Part shown: piece by piece, positions 1 to 12,529 of the stretch
Layout of the letters: each line of letters starts with the position of its first letter
How positions within the stretch are numbered: position 1 is the first letter of the stretch
Origin: Antechinus flavipes
Lineage: Eukaryota
Length of the DNA stretch: 64,000 nt
Assembly: GCF_016432865.1 (NCBI RefSeq)
Contig: NC_067401.1
Location: 10,912,001-10,976,000 of the forward strand
Direction of reading: 5' to 3'
The notes under the pieces: generated by a model
What the model was told of the DNA's origin: nothing
The model's database searches: none
Seen by the model: the letters and a program-made list of their open reading frames with translations, nothing else
Position numbers and translations under genes: made by a program

Positions 1-182
1 CCCTCCCCCCACTCCTATCTCTTGTCCACGTGTACGCTGGCTCCCTCAGCTCTCTTCCCATTTAGGCCCCCTTCCCTTGCATCTTTTTGTTTGCATTCAT
101 CGACAGCTCTCTCCAGGTACAGTAGCCAATTTACAACAATCCTAAATTGTTTCAGAAACCCTGACAATGTAATTCTAATGGG

Positions 183-1890
183 CAACCAGTCAACAAGCAC
201 TTATTAAGTACCTACTACATGCCAGGCACTGGGTGGGATACAAAGAAAAGCAAAAGAGGCCCCCCAAAACTAAAAAAATCCTCAAGGAGATCACAATCTA
301 ATGGGGAAGACATAATACCAAATAGAAGATCTATAGTGTCAAGAGGAGGTAAACTCAGAGGGAAGGCACCAATAGGACAGACCAAGAAAGAAGGTAGGAT
401 ATGAGCTGACTCTTAATGAATCGGGGAATTCAGAGACGAAGGGGAGGAAGGAAACCATCGCAGAGCTGGAAGACCACTGGAAAAGAGAGATGGGAGGTCA
501 AGTGTGAGGAGAGTCAGAAGGCCTGTGTTGCTGTGTCATAGAACAAGGAGAGAATAATGCATAAGAAACCCAGAAAGGCTGAGAAGATCGTTAAAAGCCA
601 ACCAGGATTTCACATTTGCTTCTAGCCATAATAAGGAGTCACTGGGGTTTAGGGTGTAGGGCTGTAACATGGTCTGACTCACTCTTTGGAAAGATCACTT
701 GGTAGTCAAATGGAGAACGGATTGGAGTAGGGAGAGATTTGAGTGAAGGAAACCAACTAGAAGCTTTGCAAGAGTCTGGGCAAGGGGAGGTGAGACCTGA
801 ACCAAACATTGAAAACTCGGTAACAGATTGCACAGAGAGGAGAAATATGAGAGAGGAATCTAGGACAGCATCATGATTGTTAGCCTGGATGATTGGAAAA
901 ATGATTGTGATCAAAACAGTAATGGGGATGTAGAGAAAAGGATGAAATTTGGAGGTGGAGTGGGGGGAACGCAGATGAGTTCTGATTAAGATCGGTTATG
1001 GGTGAGATGCCTACGGTATGTCCTTCTGAAACATTCAAAAGATAGTTGGAGATGCAAGAACGGAGGTCAGGAGAGAAGTTAGGGCTAAATAAATAATATA
1101 AATAAATATATTATATTTAATATATTATTATATAATACATATAATATAAATAAATGCATACAATAATTAGCACAGAGATGATAAATGAACACCATAAAAA
1201 AGTGATGGGATCACTATTTCATTATGGGATATTATATCACTAAAATGGAATGGAGGGAGAAGAGAAGAGGATCCAAGGCAGAGTGCTGGAGGATAATTAA
1301 TCCATGACTATGGTTAATGAGCATAAATAAAAATATAGAAAAGAATATTGAAAAAAAAGAACTCAGCCAGGTAGGAAGAAAATTAGGAGAAATCACTGCC
1401 CTGAAAACCTAGAAAAGGGAAAGTATCAAGGAGAAGAGGGCACTCATAGCATCAAAGGCTTCAGAGAAGTCTGGGAGGAGGAGGATTGGGAAAAGGCCAT
1501 TAGATTTGACAGCTAAGAAGAGTGTTTGTAACTTTAAAGAGAGAAGTTTCAATTGCTTGATGAGATTTGAAGCCATAGTTCAGAGGGATTAGAATTCATT
1601 AAAGGAGAGGAAGTGGACTCATAGAAGTAGATGGCTCTTATTAAACTAAGAAAAAGAAGAGTTATTGGATGAGAGCTGGTAAAGATGGTTACGTCGTGTG
1701 AGGATTTTGTTTTTGTTTTTTTGTGGATGAGGGGAACATGAGTGTAGGAGAGTGCTGGTCATGGAACAGTTCTGGAGTAGAAAGACTGAACTTGTGCTGA
1801 ACAGGGATGCCTTCTATGCGATCTAGGGTGAGGATAAATACATTGTGGGAGGGGGGATTGAGAAGACTTAGAAAAATGTTCCATAAATGA
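183..1890 (-). mobile_element. Degraded LINE-2 (3' tail plus ORF2 remnant), interrupted by an AT-rich simple repeat near 1085-1170
   Basis: caacaagcacttattaagtacctactacatgccaggcac at about 190 is the reverse complement of the L2 3' end; a purine-rich, L2-like body follows. Boundaries approximate. Confidence 0.6.
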
Positions 1891-2107
1891 CTTTAAGTGG
1901 AAGCTAATGTTTTTGTAGTAGAAAGACTGTTGGCTTTTCAGCCAGATGGCCAGAGTTCAAATCCTAGCTCTGCCTCTTAATGTGTGGCCTCAGACAAATA
2001 ATTTAACTTCAGTTGGCTCATCTGTAAAATGAACAGATTGACTTTTAGGGCTCCTCCCCTGTCTAGAATTCCCTTCTTCCTTATAGAATCTCTAGTATCC
2101 CTCAAAG

Positions 2108-2330
2108 CGCAGTTGTTCAGTCAATCAATTGTGTCTGATTCTTTGTGAACCCATGGACTAACTGTCCAAGATACTGGCATGGCTTGCCATTTCCTTCTCT
2201 GGTGGATCTTTTTGCCAAGCAAACAGAGATGAAGTGGCTTGTCCAGGGTCACACAGCTAATAAGAGTCTGAGACCAGAGTTGAACTCAGAAGCCCAAGGC
2301 TCTATTCACTGAGCCACCTGCTACCTCCTA
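2108..2330. mobile_element. MAR1/MIR-type marsupial SINE
   Basis: Contains the ccagggtcacacagcta...ttgaactcag core and the ccaagatactgg..ttgccatttccttctc segment typical of MAR1. Confidence 0.55.
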
Positions 2331-2409
2331 CAAGAGACTTTTCCTGACCTTCCTCTTCTATATACATTGTTAACAAAGTACTGACAATCTTTCTCTGTAT
2401 CCCCTCTTT

Positions 2410-2985
2410 AGCTCTCTTTGTCTCTTTGTATCTCCTTCCCTACTTCCCTTCTGTTCTCTTTTCATCCCCCTCTACTTCTGTCTCTTTATCTTTCCATCTC
2501 TGTCTCTCTCCCTTTATCTGTCTCTCCCTCTCCTTCCCTCCCTCCTCTCCCTCCATCCCTTCTTCCTTCTCCCCTTCTCTCTTTCTCATTCTCACTCTCT
2601 CTCTTGCTCTTGCTCTCTCCTTTCTCTCTGTGTGTCTCTCCCTTTTTTTCTTTCATCTTGTCCCTTTCACTGTCTCTTCCTCTCTTCACTCTCTGTCTCT
2701 GTCCCTCACCTCTCTCTTTCTCTGTTTCTCTGTTCTTTCTGTGTGTATGTCTGTCTCTCTGTCCCTCTCTCTGTGTGTACATCTCTCTGTTCCTATATCT
2801 CTTCTTTGTGTGTCTTTCTCTTTTCTTTCTGTGTCTATGTGTGTATGTGTGTCTGTTTCTGTCTCTCTCTTTTTCTCCCAGTCTCTTTTGCAGTCTGCCT
2901 GTCTCTCTCTCTTTCTCTCTCTGCCATCTCTCTCTCTCTCTCTCTCCAGCTCTTTTAGTCTCTGTCTCTGTTTGTCTCTTAATTA
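2410..2985 (+). repeat. CT-rich low-complexity homopyrimidine tract, about 570 bp
   Basis: Degenerate (CT)n/(CTGT)n run seen directly; it accounts for the ORFs at 2418-3139. Confidence 0.9.
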
Positions 2986-4459
2986 CTCCATCTCACTACA
3001 TCTGGACTTTGCATTTATTTACTCATCTACTGAATCCCCTCAGGATGTAAACTCCTCAAGGGCAAGGACAGTTTCTGTCTTTATGCCCTCTGTACATCCT
3101 ATAACTGTGGTTTATCCCCTTCTACAGAATGTTCATTAAATTAAAGAGATTTAAAGTGATGTCATGTGACTCCTGCCTGGTCCCAAAGGACAGAGTGAGG
3201 AGCAAGGTGGACAATGAAAAGAGAATACTTTGGGAGTCAGAGCGTTCTCCTTTCAGCTTTGATGCTACCTGTGTGACCTTGCATGGCCTCTGACTTCCCT
3301 GGGCACAATTTCCCCTCTGTAAGAGGAGAGGGTTGAATTAGATTGCTTCTGAGGTCCTTTCCTGCTCTGCACCATAAAACCTTATGAGCCTGTGGGTGAA
3401 AAGTAGCAGATCCACACTGAGAACAAGAAAAGAAGCAAAATTGTCCAAAAGTGGAATTATCTCCTGAGGATAGAGAATCTTCCTCCCTCCCCGAGGTCTG
3501 ATGACAAGAGGTTGGATGTGTCACAGAGGGGATTCTTGGGCAGGTTCCAGGGACCCTCTTTGGTCCCTTCAAGCCTGAGCAAGCAGAACCCTGTAGTATT
3601 GCAGGGGTAAAAACCGGGGCCATTGGTAAGTCAGAAGCTACAACAGGAAAATAGAAATGTGCATGAGGTTGTTGGCCCATCTACCCAGGAAGGGATCAGG
3701 AACATTGAAACTAAACCATTGGTTAGGGATGCAGACATGAAAGCTGAAACCCTCCCCAGATCTTCAAAGAGGTCAAAGAGCCTGGAATAGAGTGCAACAG
3801 AAAGTATTGAAAAATACTAGTTTAACTGAACCAGGGATATGATTGCTTTACATCTCTTTCCTTTCTAGGGGATGTCTGATGTGGAAATCAAAGCAGTCTC
3901 ATCTTTGACTTGGGGAGAAGGCTCAGAGCAGAATAGATCAATGAAGAGATGGCAGATGAGGCTGGGGAGAAGGGGAGGAAGCAAGGAAAGGTAGAGTTCA
4001 GGGAGTGTCACTGGTTTAAGGCTGAGCTGAGTTTGCATGTCAACGAGTTTTACATAGAGACAGGAACCCCAGGGGAAGTAAGATCTGAGCACAGACCACA
4101 GCATCTTCCACCATTTGCCTACCAGCCGATCCCACATTCTTTGATCCCAGGTGTAAGATTAATCTAGATTCAGAATTCACGTTCAATAAGTGTAGTCTTA
4201 AAGAGCGTGGGTACTAGTTTATTACTACTCAGAACCTGGATTTAAATAAGACATAAGAGAAAACTCAGCACAAAAGTAATACACAATTAACAAATAGTGG
4301 CCACTATGACAAACAAACAACAAACAACACACATCATCACCACTCCAAGGAAGCATCAACATCTGAATTCCTTGGCTGGGAGGACTCATAATCATAACTA
4401 TTCAGAATCTCGAGTGGGAGCCATTGCTAGACAAGCTTATACAAGACTTTCTAGTCCAT

Positions 4460-5336
4460 CCTTAATGAAAAATGGTCAAAGGATATGAAAAGACAATTTT
4501 TAAATGATGAAATTAAATCCACCTATAGTTATATGAAAAAATGCTCTAAATCACTATTGATTAGAGAAATACAAATTAAAACAACTCTGAGGTACCACCT
4601 CACATCTCTAAAATTGACTTAGATGACTTAAATTGGTTAAAATGACAAGAAAAGAATGATAAATGTTGGAGGGGATGTGGGAAAACTGGAACCCTAATGC
4701 ATTATTAGTGGAGTTGTGAAAGGATCCAATCATTCTGGAAAGCAATTTGGAACTCTGCCCAAAGGGCTATCAAACTGTGTATCTGTATCCCAAGGAAATC
4801 ATAAAAGAGGGGAAAGGACCCACATGTGCAAAAAATGTTTGTGGCAGCTCTTTTTGGGGTAGAAGAGAATTGGAAAATAAATAGATGCCCATCACTTGAG
4901 AAATGGCTGAACAAGCTGTGGTATATGAAGTTAATAGAATATATTTTTATATTAAAAATGATGAACAAGCTTATTTTAGAAAGGCCTGGAAAGATTTACA
5001 CGAACTCATGCTAAGCAAAACAAATTGAATCAGGAATATATTATATACAGTAACAAAAAGAATGTGTAATGATCAGTTACGAAAGACTTGGTTGTTGTCA
5101 GTACTTCAGAGATCCAAGGCAGTCCCAATAGACTTTGGACAGAAAATGCATCTGTATCCAGAGAAAGAACTAAGGAGACTGAATGTAAACCAACATGTGC
5201 TATTGTTTACTTTTTTCTGTTTTTCTATTTTTCCCATGGTTTTTCCCCTTTGCTCTGATTTTTCTCTCCCAATCTGATTCATATAACAATGTGTATCAAA
5301 AACAAATAAATTTACTAGGGAAAAAAAAAAAAAAAC
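4460..5336 (+). mobile_element. 5'-truncated old marsupial L1 (ORF2 end, 3'UTR, poly-A)
   Basis: aaatggtcaaaggatatga...aaaacaactctgaggtaccacctcac L1 ORF2 motifs, ending in an A-run at about 5321-5336. Confidence 0.85.
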
Positions 5337-6530
5337 TTCCTAGCCCAAATCCTCAGTCTCTTTCCACTAGAAGGTTTTTTTAATAGGCTGAGAACAAAGA
5401 AGGCACTACACTAAATATGCTCATTTGATATGTGTCTCTTGAGATGCAGCAGCCTCCCAGGTAACAGATACTTCAACATAAGACGTCCACCAAGGAGAAT
5501 ATTTGTCCATTCCTGGTAGGACTGTGTTTACTCAAGGAAATTGCCAGATTTCCAGGGTAAACACAGGCCTGCAATAAAGGATACATATTAATTAATTAAT
5601 GCCTGAGAAATTTGGCCTGCCTTTCTTTATGTTTTCCTGAAATTCTATTAGATAACCGCAAGCATGTTCTCATGTTCTCAGCAAAAAGAAAGACACGAAA
5701 ATAAAATTAAATTAAATAAAAAGAAAGACCCGGCTGAGACTTACTTAACATTTCTTATTCACTAGGATTCCTTACACTGGCTAGGAAGAGGTCATATTCC
5801 CATTCAAACACACTGAAATGTCCTGGCTCTGGGTTTATTTGCATCCACATGGACACTCTCTTTCCCAGGACAGAAATGACTTGGGCCTGAGAACTACTAT
5901 TTAATTATTCTACCATCTCTCCAGTGTGTCCTTAGATGCTCATATTTCTCATTGATGGAATTGGCCCCTCTGATCCCACTTCCCATTGTCTCCATGAGCT
6001 GCTCCCATCGCTTTAGTGACTCAACTACTATGAACATAGAATTAGGTCTAGATTCTCACTTGGAGTTCTGAAATGAATGACACTGACGCGATCCCTTCAC
6101 TCAGGCTAACAGGCTTGCCTCTTCCACATGATCTCTTTCTCCCACACAATCTCCTCTTCCACACAGTCACATCACAAACAAAATGGCAACGTTCCATCTT
6201 TTGGGAGATCCCAGCTCTACAATTCATCTCAGATACCCTTAAACTGTTTTTGTTTGTTTGTTTGTTTGTTTAAAACACATCCACTTCATCAATTACCAGA
6301 ATCAGGACAATGTTCTAACATCTTTAGTCCAAGGAGCAATCAATACTTATGGACAATAGTGTGTCTCTTTGGCTTCCATGCACAACCATCTGCCTTCAAG
6401 GACGTTGTTCCTATACTTTCATAAAATATTTCACAGCATTGAATCTCTAGTGATGGTGGATCATGGGCTTGAATGGGAAGTTCCAAGTGTCTGGAACTGC
6501 TCTCATGTAAAGGACGTTTTGATCTTATAG

Positions 6531-9500
6531 GTTCTACCTTCACCCAAAGCAGCAATAGTTTCACCATCAACTGCTCAGGATTTGATGTAAACGGACTAAA
6601 CCAGACTGCTTTTAAGTCTGTGTTTGACAGAAAGGCCTTCCGACCGGTGGTCAACTTCAGCGTCCCCACCAGGGTCAACATCTCCTTCACCTTATCTGCC
6701 ATTCTGGAAGTGGTGAGTACTGGGCCCTTTAATTCTACCATGGGCCCAGAACACAGCACTCAAATCTGACTTCCCCCTTATCCCCTCATCCAAAATTAGT
6801 CTGATATAATGTTGGATGGTGACCTGGGAGGGTCACAGGGTATTGGAAGGATTTTTCTGAGATAATCTAAGGTAACTTTCTTTGGAAAGTGACAATTTTT
6901 TTTCTGTTTGAATATGTAAGAAATCCTCCACCAGTCTCCCATACCTAATGGTCAACTGCTCTTTCTAACTCTCTTCTTTCCCATGACTTACTTGTTTGGA
7001 CCTATGTTTCCCCTGGTTAATCATTGAAATCAGAATTGTCCCATTGATAATCTGGGGAGAACATGGAAAAGGATACCTAGACCTGTTATCATTGCTCATT
7101 TAATGATGCTGATTGGGAATCTCTTTTGGCAGAATGCACAGATCCAGCTCCTTACATCATTCCTCTGGCTTGAGTTGGTAAGGTCCCTTCCCTTCCCATG
7201 GACCCACCTCTTCTCAATTTCTTTTGCTTTTTCTGATCCGATCGCCTTGTCTATAGTGCCCTATAATTAGATAAGTCTGCTCAGATCTGAAACCACAAGG
7301 TTTCAGGGCAGCTAGAAAGGCAGTGATAGAGAGAAGGCAATATCATCAAAGTGGCAGAAGTCCTGAAAGCGAGAATAATCTCTTAGCTCTAGAGCATCAT
7401 ACTAAAATGAGGCTCATATGTCATATATAATACATTGAGGCTCTCTCTGATAAAGGTCATTGGGGGATTAGGGGAAGGATGATCAGCTCACATCAGGAAT
7501 AGAAGTGAGTGGACGGAAGGGAGCAGAGGTTTAGAGGAAAGCATAGAGCTAGGATCCTGCGATTCTAATCCCAACTCTGATAATAATTCAAGATGTGCCC
7601 TTGGAGAGATCACTTAAGAGGTTCTTCCTCTTTAAAGAGGAGGAAGTTGAACTACATGGTTCCTAAGATCCTACTGTACTAGAAGGATCTGATGATTTCT
7701 AAGCTCCCATCCATCCCTTAAAATTCTATGATTCTAACTGTAAGTGTAAGGAGGAAAGGCAATGGGAGAAGCTCTTTCCCAGACTACCCCTGAGCTCCAA
7801 ACACTCCTCAATGCCTGATCCTATATTGCCTGGGGTTCTAGTTCTGGGAAAACCCATTCATCAGCTGGAACCCTGAGGAGTGTGGAGGAATCACGGACCT
7901 CACTGTGGCAGCTGAGAACTTCTGGCTTCCGGATATCTTCATCGTGGAGTTGTGAGTCCCAGAACTGGGGAGAACAAGAAGGAAACTGTCCCCAAGCAAA
8001 ACGTCACGGACAAGGGTAGGGAAAAACCAACGTCTTGGGGCGATGATGAGACTCTACACAAACATAAGAGGCTGACTCATGATGAGCTCCCTTTCACAAA
8101 ACCTAGCCTAGAAGAGTTGAGTATTGGGGAGGTAAGGGAGAGTCACTGGCAGACATGGAGACCAAAGGGGTGGGAGTAATTGGCATCAGAGGAATTGGAG
8201 GAGAAATCACCATTGGCTACTTCATTCATATAGCATGGACATTGATCAGACGCCGACACAGCTTGTTGCATATGTGAATAGTAAAGGCCTCATCAAGTAC
8301 AAGAAACCCATGAAGGTGACCAGCATCTGTAACCTGGACATCTTCTACTTCCCCTTTGACCAGCAAAACTGCACTCTGACCTTCACCTCTTTCCTCTACA
8401 CAGGTGAGCTAGAATCAGTGGCCAATCAAGGTGACCAGTGGAAAAATTAAGAGGAAATGAATGAATGAATGAACGAATGAATGAATGGCACACTGACCTT
8501 TGGCTCTTTCCTCTACACAGGTGAGCTAGAATCAGAGTGGCCAATCAAGGTGACCAGTGGAAAAATTAAGAGGAAATAAATGAATGAATGAACGAATGAA
8601 TGGATGAATGAAAAGGCACTTATTGAGCACTACCAAGCACTGTGCTCAGGACTGTGTATACAAATATAAGAGCAAATACAGTACTAGTCCCCAAAGATTT
8701 TACATTTTCATGAGAGAAGACCTTATATATGGAGAGAGATAGACAGCAAAGAGTATTTTGGACAAATTCAATGACAAATGTTACACACCTTGTGACTAAA
8801 AAGTGATGGACTCAAGGTACAGATTGAGACCTAATTTTTTTTGGACATGGCCACTTTGGGAATTTCTTTAGCTTGCCTATTCATATTTATTATATGGGTT
8901 GGGTTTTTTTCCTTTGTTTTCTTTATAAGTTTGTGGGATGGAGGTAGAAGGAAGATGATTAACCACCACGTTAGTTAATTGAAAAAAATAAAACTTAATT
9001 TTTAAAAATTCTAATGGCAAAGATTGAGTGAATTGGATGAGTGAGTGGGTGGAAAAGTTTAGATGGAGGGAGAGCAAGAAGATGAATGGTTTGTCAAGTT
9101 TCCTGCTTGAGGAGAAAAGAGAAGGGAAAAGCTAGACCCAAGAGAAGTCGTGATGTGAGAAACGGAATGACTTAGCTCTCCTCTGCAGTGAACGACATGT
9201 TGTTGGGGCTGGACAAGGAAGTGTGGGAGATGGCAAACACTTCACAGCATTTCGTCCAGAACCAAGGGGAGTGGCAGTTGCTGGGCATCAACAAAGCAAG
9301 CCGAAAGATGGCAGTGGGATCCAGCCTTTATGACCAGATCATGTTCTATGTGAGCCTAAGGATCCGACTTTATGACCTTACAAATACCCACGTCCCAACC
9401 TTGCCAGAAATTTCCTCCAACCCCCACCTGTTCAGTCAGTCAATCCATGGACATATGTTAAGCAACTACTAAGTGCCAGGCACTGTGCTAGGTTCTGGGG

Positions 9501-10848
9501 CTACAAAGACAAAAGTGAAACAGTCCCTGTCCTCAAACAGCTTATAGTCTTACCATCTGTTAAGTCCCAGAAGCCTTCAATCAGGGTTTCTTATTGCTTC
9601 ATGCTGGGGCCCAGATTCCACGTCCATCAAAGCCATCTCAACTCTGCCCAAACTTGATTCCTTCCTCCTGGTCCACTGTACGTAGTCTGAATCCCCTGGG
9701 CACATGGCAGGAGTTTCTGGGGACAAGCCATATGTTGTATCCCATTCAATTTGGGCAATATTCTCCTCGGGTTTGGGCCAAAGAGGAAAGTAGCGTTTGA
9801 AATAATTATTGTTCTACTTATCAAGAGCAGTTTCCTCTTCATTTCCCATCTCCTCCTTCCCCCTCCCCTTTTCCAGGTGGCCATCCGGCGCCGACCCAGA
9901 CTCTACATCATAAATCTCCTGGTGCCCAGTGGCTTTCTGATAGCAATTGATGCCCTCAGTTTCTTCCTGCCAGCTGAGGATGGCAACCGGCCCCCTTTCA
10001 AGATGACTCTGCTGCTGGGATACACTGTCTTCCTGCTCATGATGAATGATTTATTGCCAGCCAGCGGCACCCCCCTCATCAGTATGTCTCCCTCCACAGT
10101 GGGGAGGAAGAAGAGAGGGGAAGGGAGGAAGAAGAGAGGGGAGAGAAGGAAGAAGAAAGAGGAGGAGAGAAGTGAGAGGATCGGGGACAAAGGATCCTGG
10201 GAAAGAGCGTTATTACAGGATCAGGGTTGGGATTGGGGAAAGAGGCCTCAGGAGGAGTTTGGGGGTCACTCTGTCCTTCCTCACTGAGACCCCCTCCTCC
10301 TATGACCCTCAGGTGTCTATTTTGCTCTGTGCCTGTCCCTGATGGTGATCAGCCTGCTGGAATCCATCTTCCTCACCTACATTCTGAATCTGGTTACTAC
10401 AAAGCCCCCACCCATGCCCCGCTGGCTCCATTGGCTGCTGCTGCGCTATCTCAGAGCAACGGACTGCTACAAGAAGTCCCAAAAGGAGAGTGGGGGTCCT
10501 GATCCCAAGCCCCTGCACCTGCCTGGTAAGTATCATCAGGACCACCCTGGTCTCCTAATCCCGCTAGTTCCCCATTCCCATCGGTCCTTCCCAATTAGAG
10601 TGTCCATTCCAATGTTAGACTAAGTCCTCATCTTCTCTACAGGCCTGGAGGAGCCTGGGGTGAAGGCAGGCCCAGCTAAGGCTCGGCTCAGTGGAGACCC
10701 CCAATCCCCGTGGGCGCAGCTGGAACATCAGCAGAAAGTTGACATCTGGGTGAAATTCAGTCTTATTCTGGACACTTTCCTCTTCTGGATCTACTTGGCA
10801 TTCATGACTTCTTCTCTACTCACAGTCATTGTCCTCTGGATCAACTAG
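6531..10848 (+). CDS. HTR3C-like: 5-HT3 receptor subunit C/E-like, copy 1 (exons 2-9; exon 1 not identified)
   Basis: GT-AG exons in consistent phase: 6531-6712, 7133-7177, 7842-7951, 8234-8403, 9189-9349, 9877-10081, 10313-10525, 10643-10848 (TAG). They encode [33 protein letters not shown], Cys-loop [16 protein letters not shown]1 [13 protein letters not shown]2 [24 protein letters not shown] and M4 ending VIVLWIN. No frameshifts or stops. Orthology to C, D or E is not determined. Confidence 0.92.
8371..8610 (+). repeat. Two-copy tandem duplication (about 118 bp) of the exon 5 3' end, its donor and a (TGAA)n tract
   Basis: ctctttcctctacacaggtgagctagaatcag..tggccaatcaaggtgaccagtggaaaaattaagaggaaat occurs twice, with donors at 8404 and 8521. 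Confidence 0.9.
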
Positions 10849-11389
10849 AAAAATGCCCCCTCCCCACCAGCACACGCCACACCAGCTTCCAAGCTCCTTG
10901 TCTTTGTGGACTGCCAGAATTCATCCTCTTGTCTGAGCTGCAACGACCTCCCACTTGCCTGCTGCAGGAGACTAGCTCTATCCCTTCCTTCCAGCCGGCT
11001 TCAGCTCAACCCTATTTCCTTTCAATTGAGTGTCCTTCCTTCTAATTTCCTATAGTTTCTTTCAACCTGGTGATTCATCTCAGCTGCCCTGTAATTGAAT
11101 TGACTTAATTAATCCCTTTGCAGGAAATAATTGCTCCTTGAGATATTATATTACTGGGAAGGACAATTCTTGGATCCAGTCAGTTATTCTAGAAAGATAA
11201 GAATAGACTATTTTTTAAAGCCTCCTAGCATCTATTTTTAAGTTAAAAATAGAATTTTAATCGTAAAAACTGATTTTAAATATATTATCTTAAAATACTG
11301 CTCAATATAGTTGCTTCTTATAATGAAGCAAGGAAAAGAAGTGGAATTTCATTTTATTGCTCTTTTTAAAAATGTTTCTTTAACTTGAA

Positions 11390-11640
11390 ACAATTTGTGA
11401 CCTGATTGATGTGGTTATTCCTTCCTGATGCAGATTATGGCCCATCAATTTCTCCTCATTCCGCATAATTCTTGTCAATAGCCTTCCACAAATCCTTCCT
11501 GGACAATTGTTCTAACAAGATGGAGCTTTTCTCTTTGGACACTGACTCCTAATGGGTATGAGCCAGAGATCCCCGAGGGACTCTAAAGGGTAGCTTTCCA
11601 TTGTAGATTTTTCCAATCAGTGAAGACTAACTGTCTAACT
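11390..11640 (-). mobile_element. RTE-type LINE 3' fragment
   Basis: The minus strand ends ...gatgggccataatctgcatcaggaaggaataaccacatcaatcaggtcacaaat, resembling the recalled marsupial RTE 3' end. Confidence 0.45.
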
Positions 11641-12529
11641 ATTATCATGAAGAGATGTTGGAAAATTTTTTATTGTTATTATTATTATTTTTAAAATAGG
11701 ATCTTCATAAAGGTGACAAAAGATGGAAAATTCAGTACTGGAGGAAGAAATAAACAAACACACATTATATAGACACACACATAGAGCCAACCATTTCTAG
11801 ACTACAACTTGGAATTGTTTAAGAAATAAATTGTTTGTGCTCTTTGAGTCTGCAATTGCAAAAAAAAAAAAAAAAGAATGATACATACCAAAATATTCAT
11901 AGCGATAAGCTATTTGTAATTTGTTTCTAGCTTCATAAAAAGCTTTCCTTAACTATAAATTAGGGACAGTAGCATGCACTCCCAAGGTTGTTGTGAGGAC
12001 AAAATTAGCCACTATTTGGAAAATACTTGGTACAAAGTACTGCTAGCTGTTATTCTCCCCGCCCTTTTTTTTCTTTTTCTAAGGATGTTCTAAGGATGAT
12101 CCTGTGAGAGAGGCAAGGGGAGAAACACGTTGGGAAATGAAGATATTAAAAAACAGAAGCCATTAATAATAATTTAAAAATAAAGGGACTGGATTCAGGA
12201 TGAAAGGGTTTGGAAAATCAGACTTTACTAGGAATAGCCTCAATGACAGGGATGTCTTTTGCCTCTCTCTGTATCCCCAATACTCAACACAACGTCTGGC
12301 CCGTAGTAGATGCTTAATAAATGTTTGTTGATTGATTACAATTTGCTGTTGATTTTCTTACACATTTAGCCTCTGGGCCAAGGGTGACTTCTTTGGAGTT
12401 AGGCTGAGAAGAAAAGTAAGTGGGCGATTCCAAGGGGCTGAGGGCACATGAGCCAAAAGGGTTGGAAATTATTGGGGAAAATAATTTTAAAAACCCAGAA
12501 TCCAGGAGTCTAGAGTTTCCACCCAATTT

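Noticed and set aside
2418-3139. Long ORFs of up to 237 aa over the CT tract, and similar ORFs at 15091-15709
   Set aside because: Translations of low-complexity repeats (S/L/P/F or E/R/G/K); stop codons are absent because of composition.
4152-4458. Possible solo LTR (starts tgtaag, minus-strand AATAAA)
   Set aside because: No TSD or recognisable family; too weak to list.
6349-6400. MDNSVSLWLPCTTICLQG as exon 1 of HTR3 copy 1 (ends LQG like human HTR3C exon 1)
   Set aside because: The donor would be GA (gacgtt), not GT or GC, and the hydrophobic core is weak; probably chance.
6473-6769. Single-exon start at ATG 6473 reading into exon 2
   Set aside because: The N-terminus is not signal-peptide-like and a good acceptor lies at 6530; it is most likely intronic read-through.
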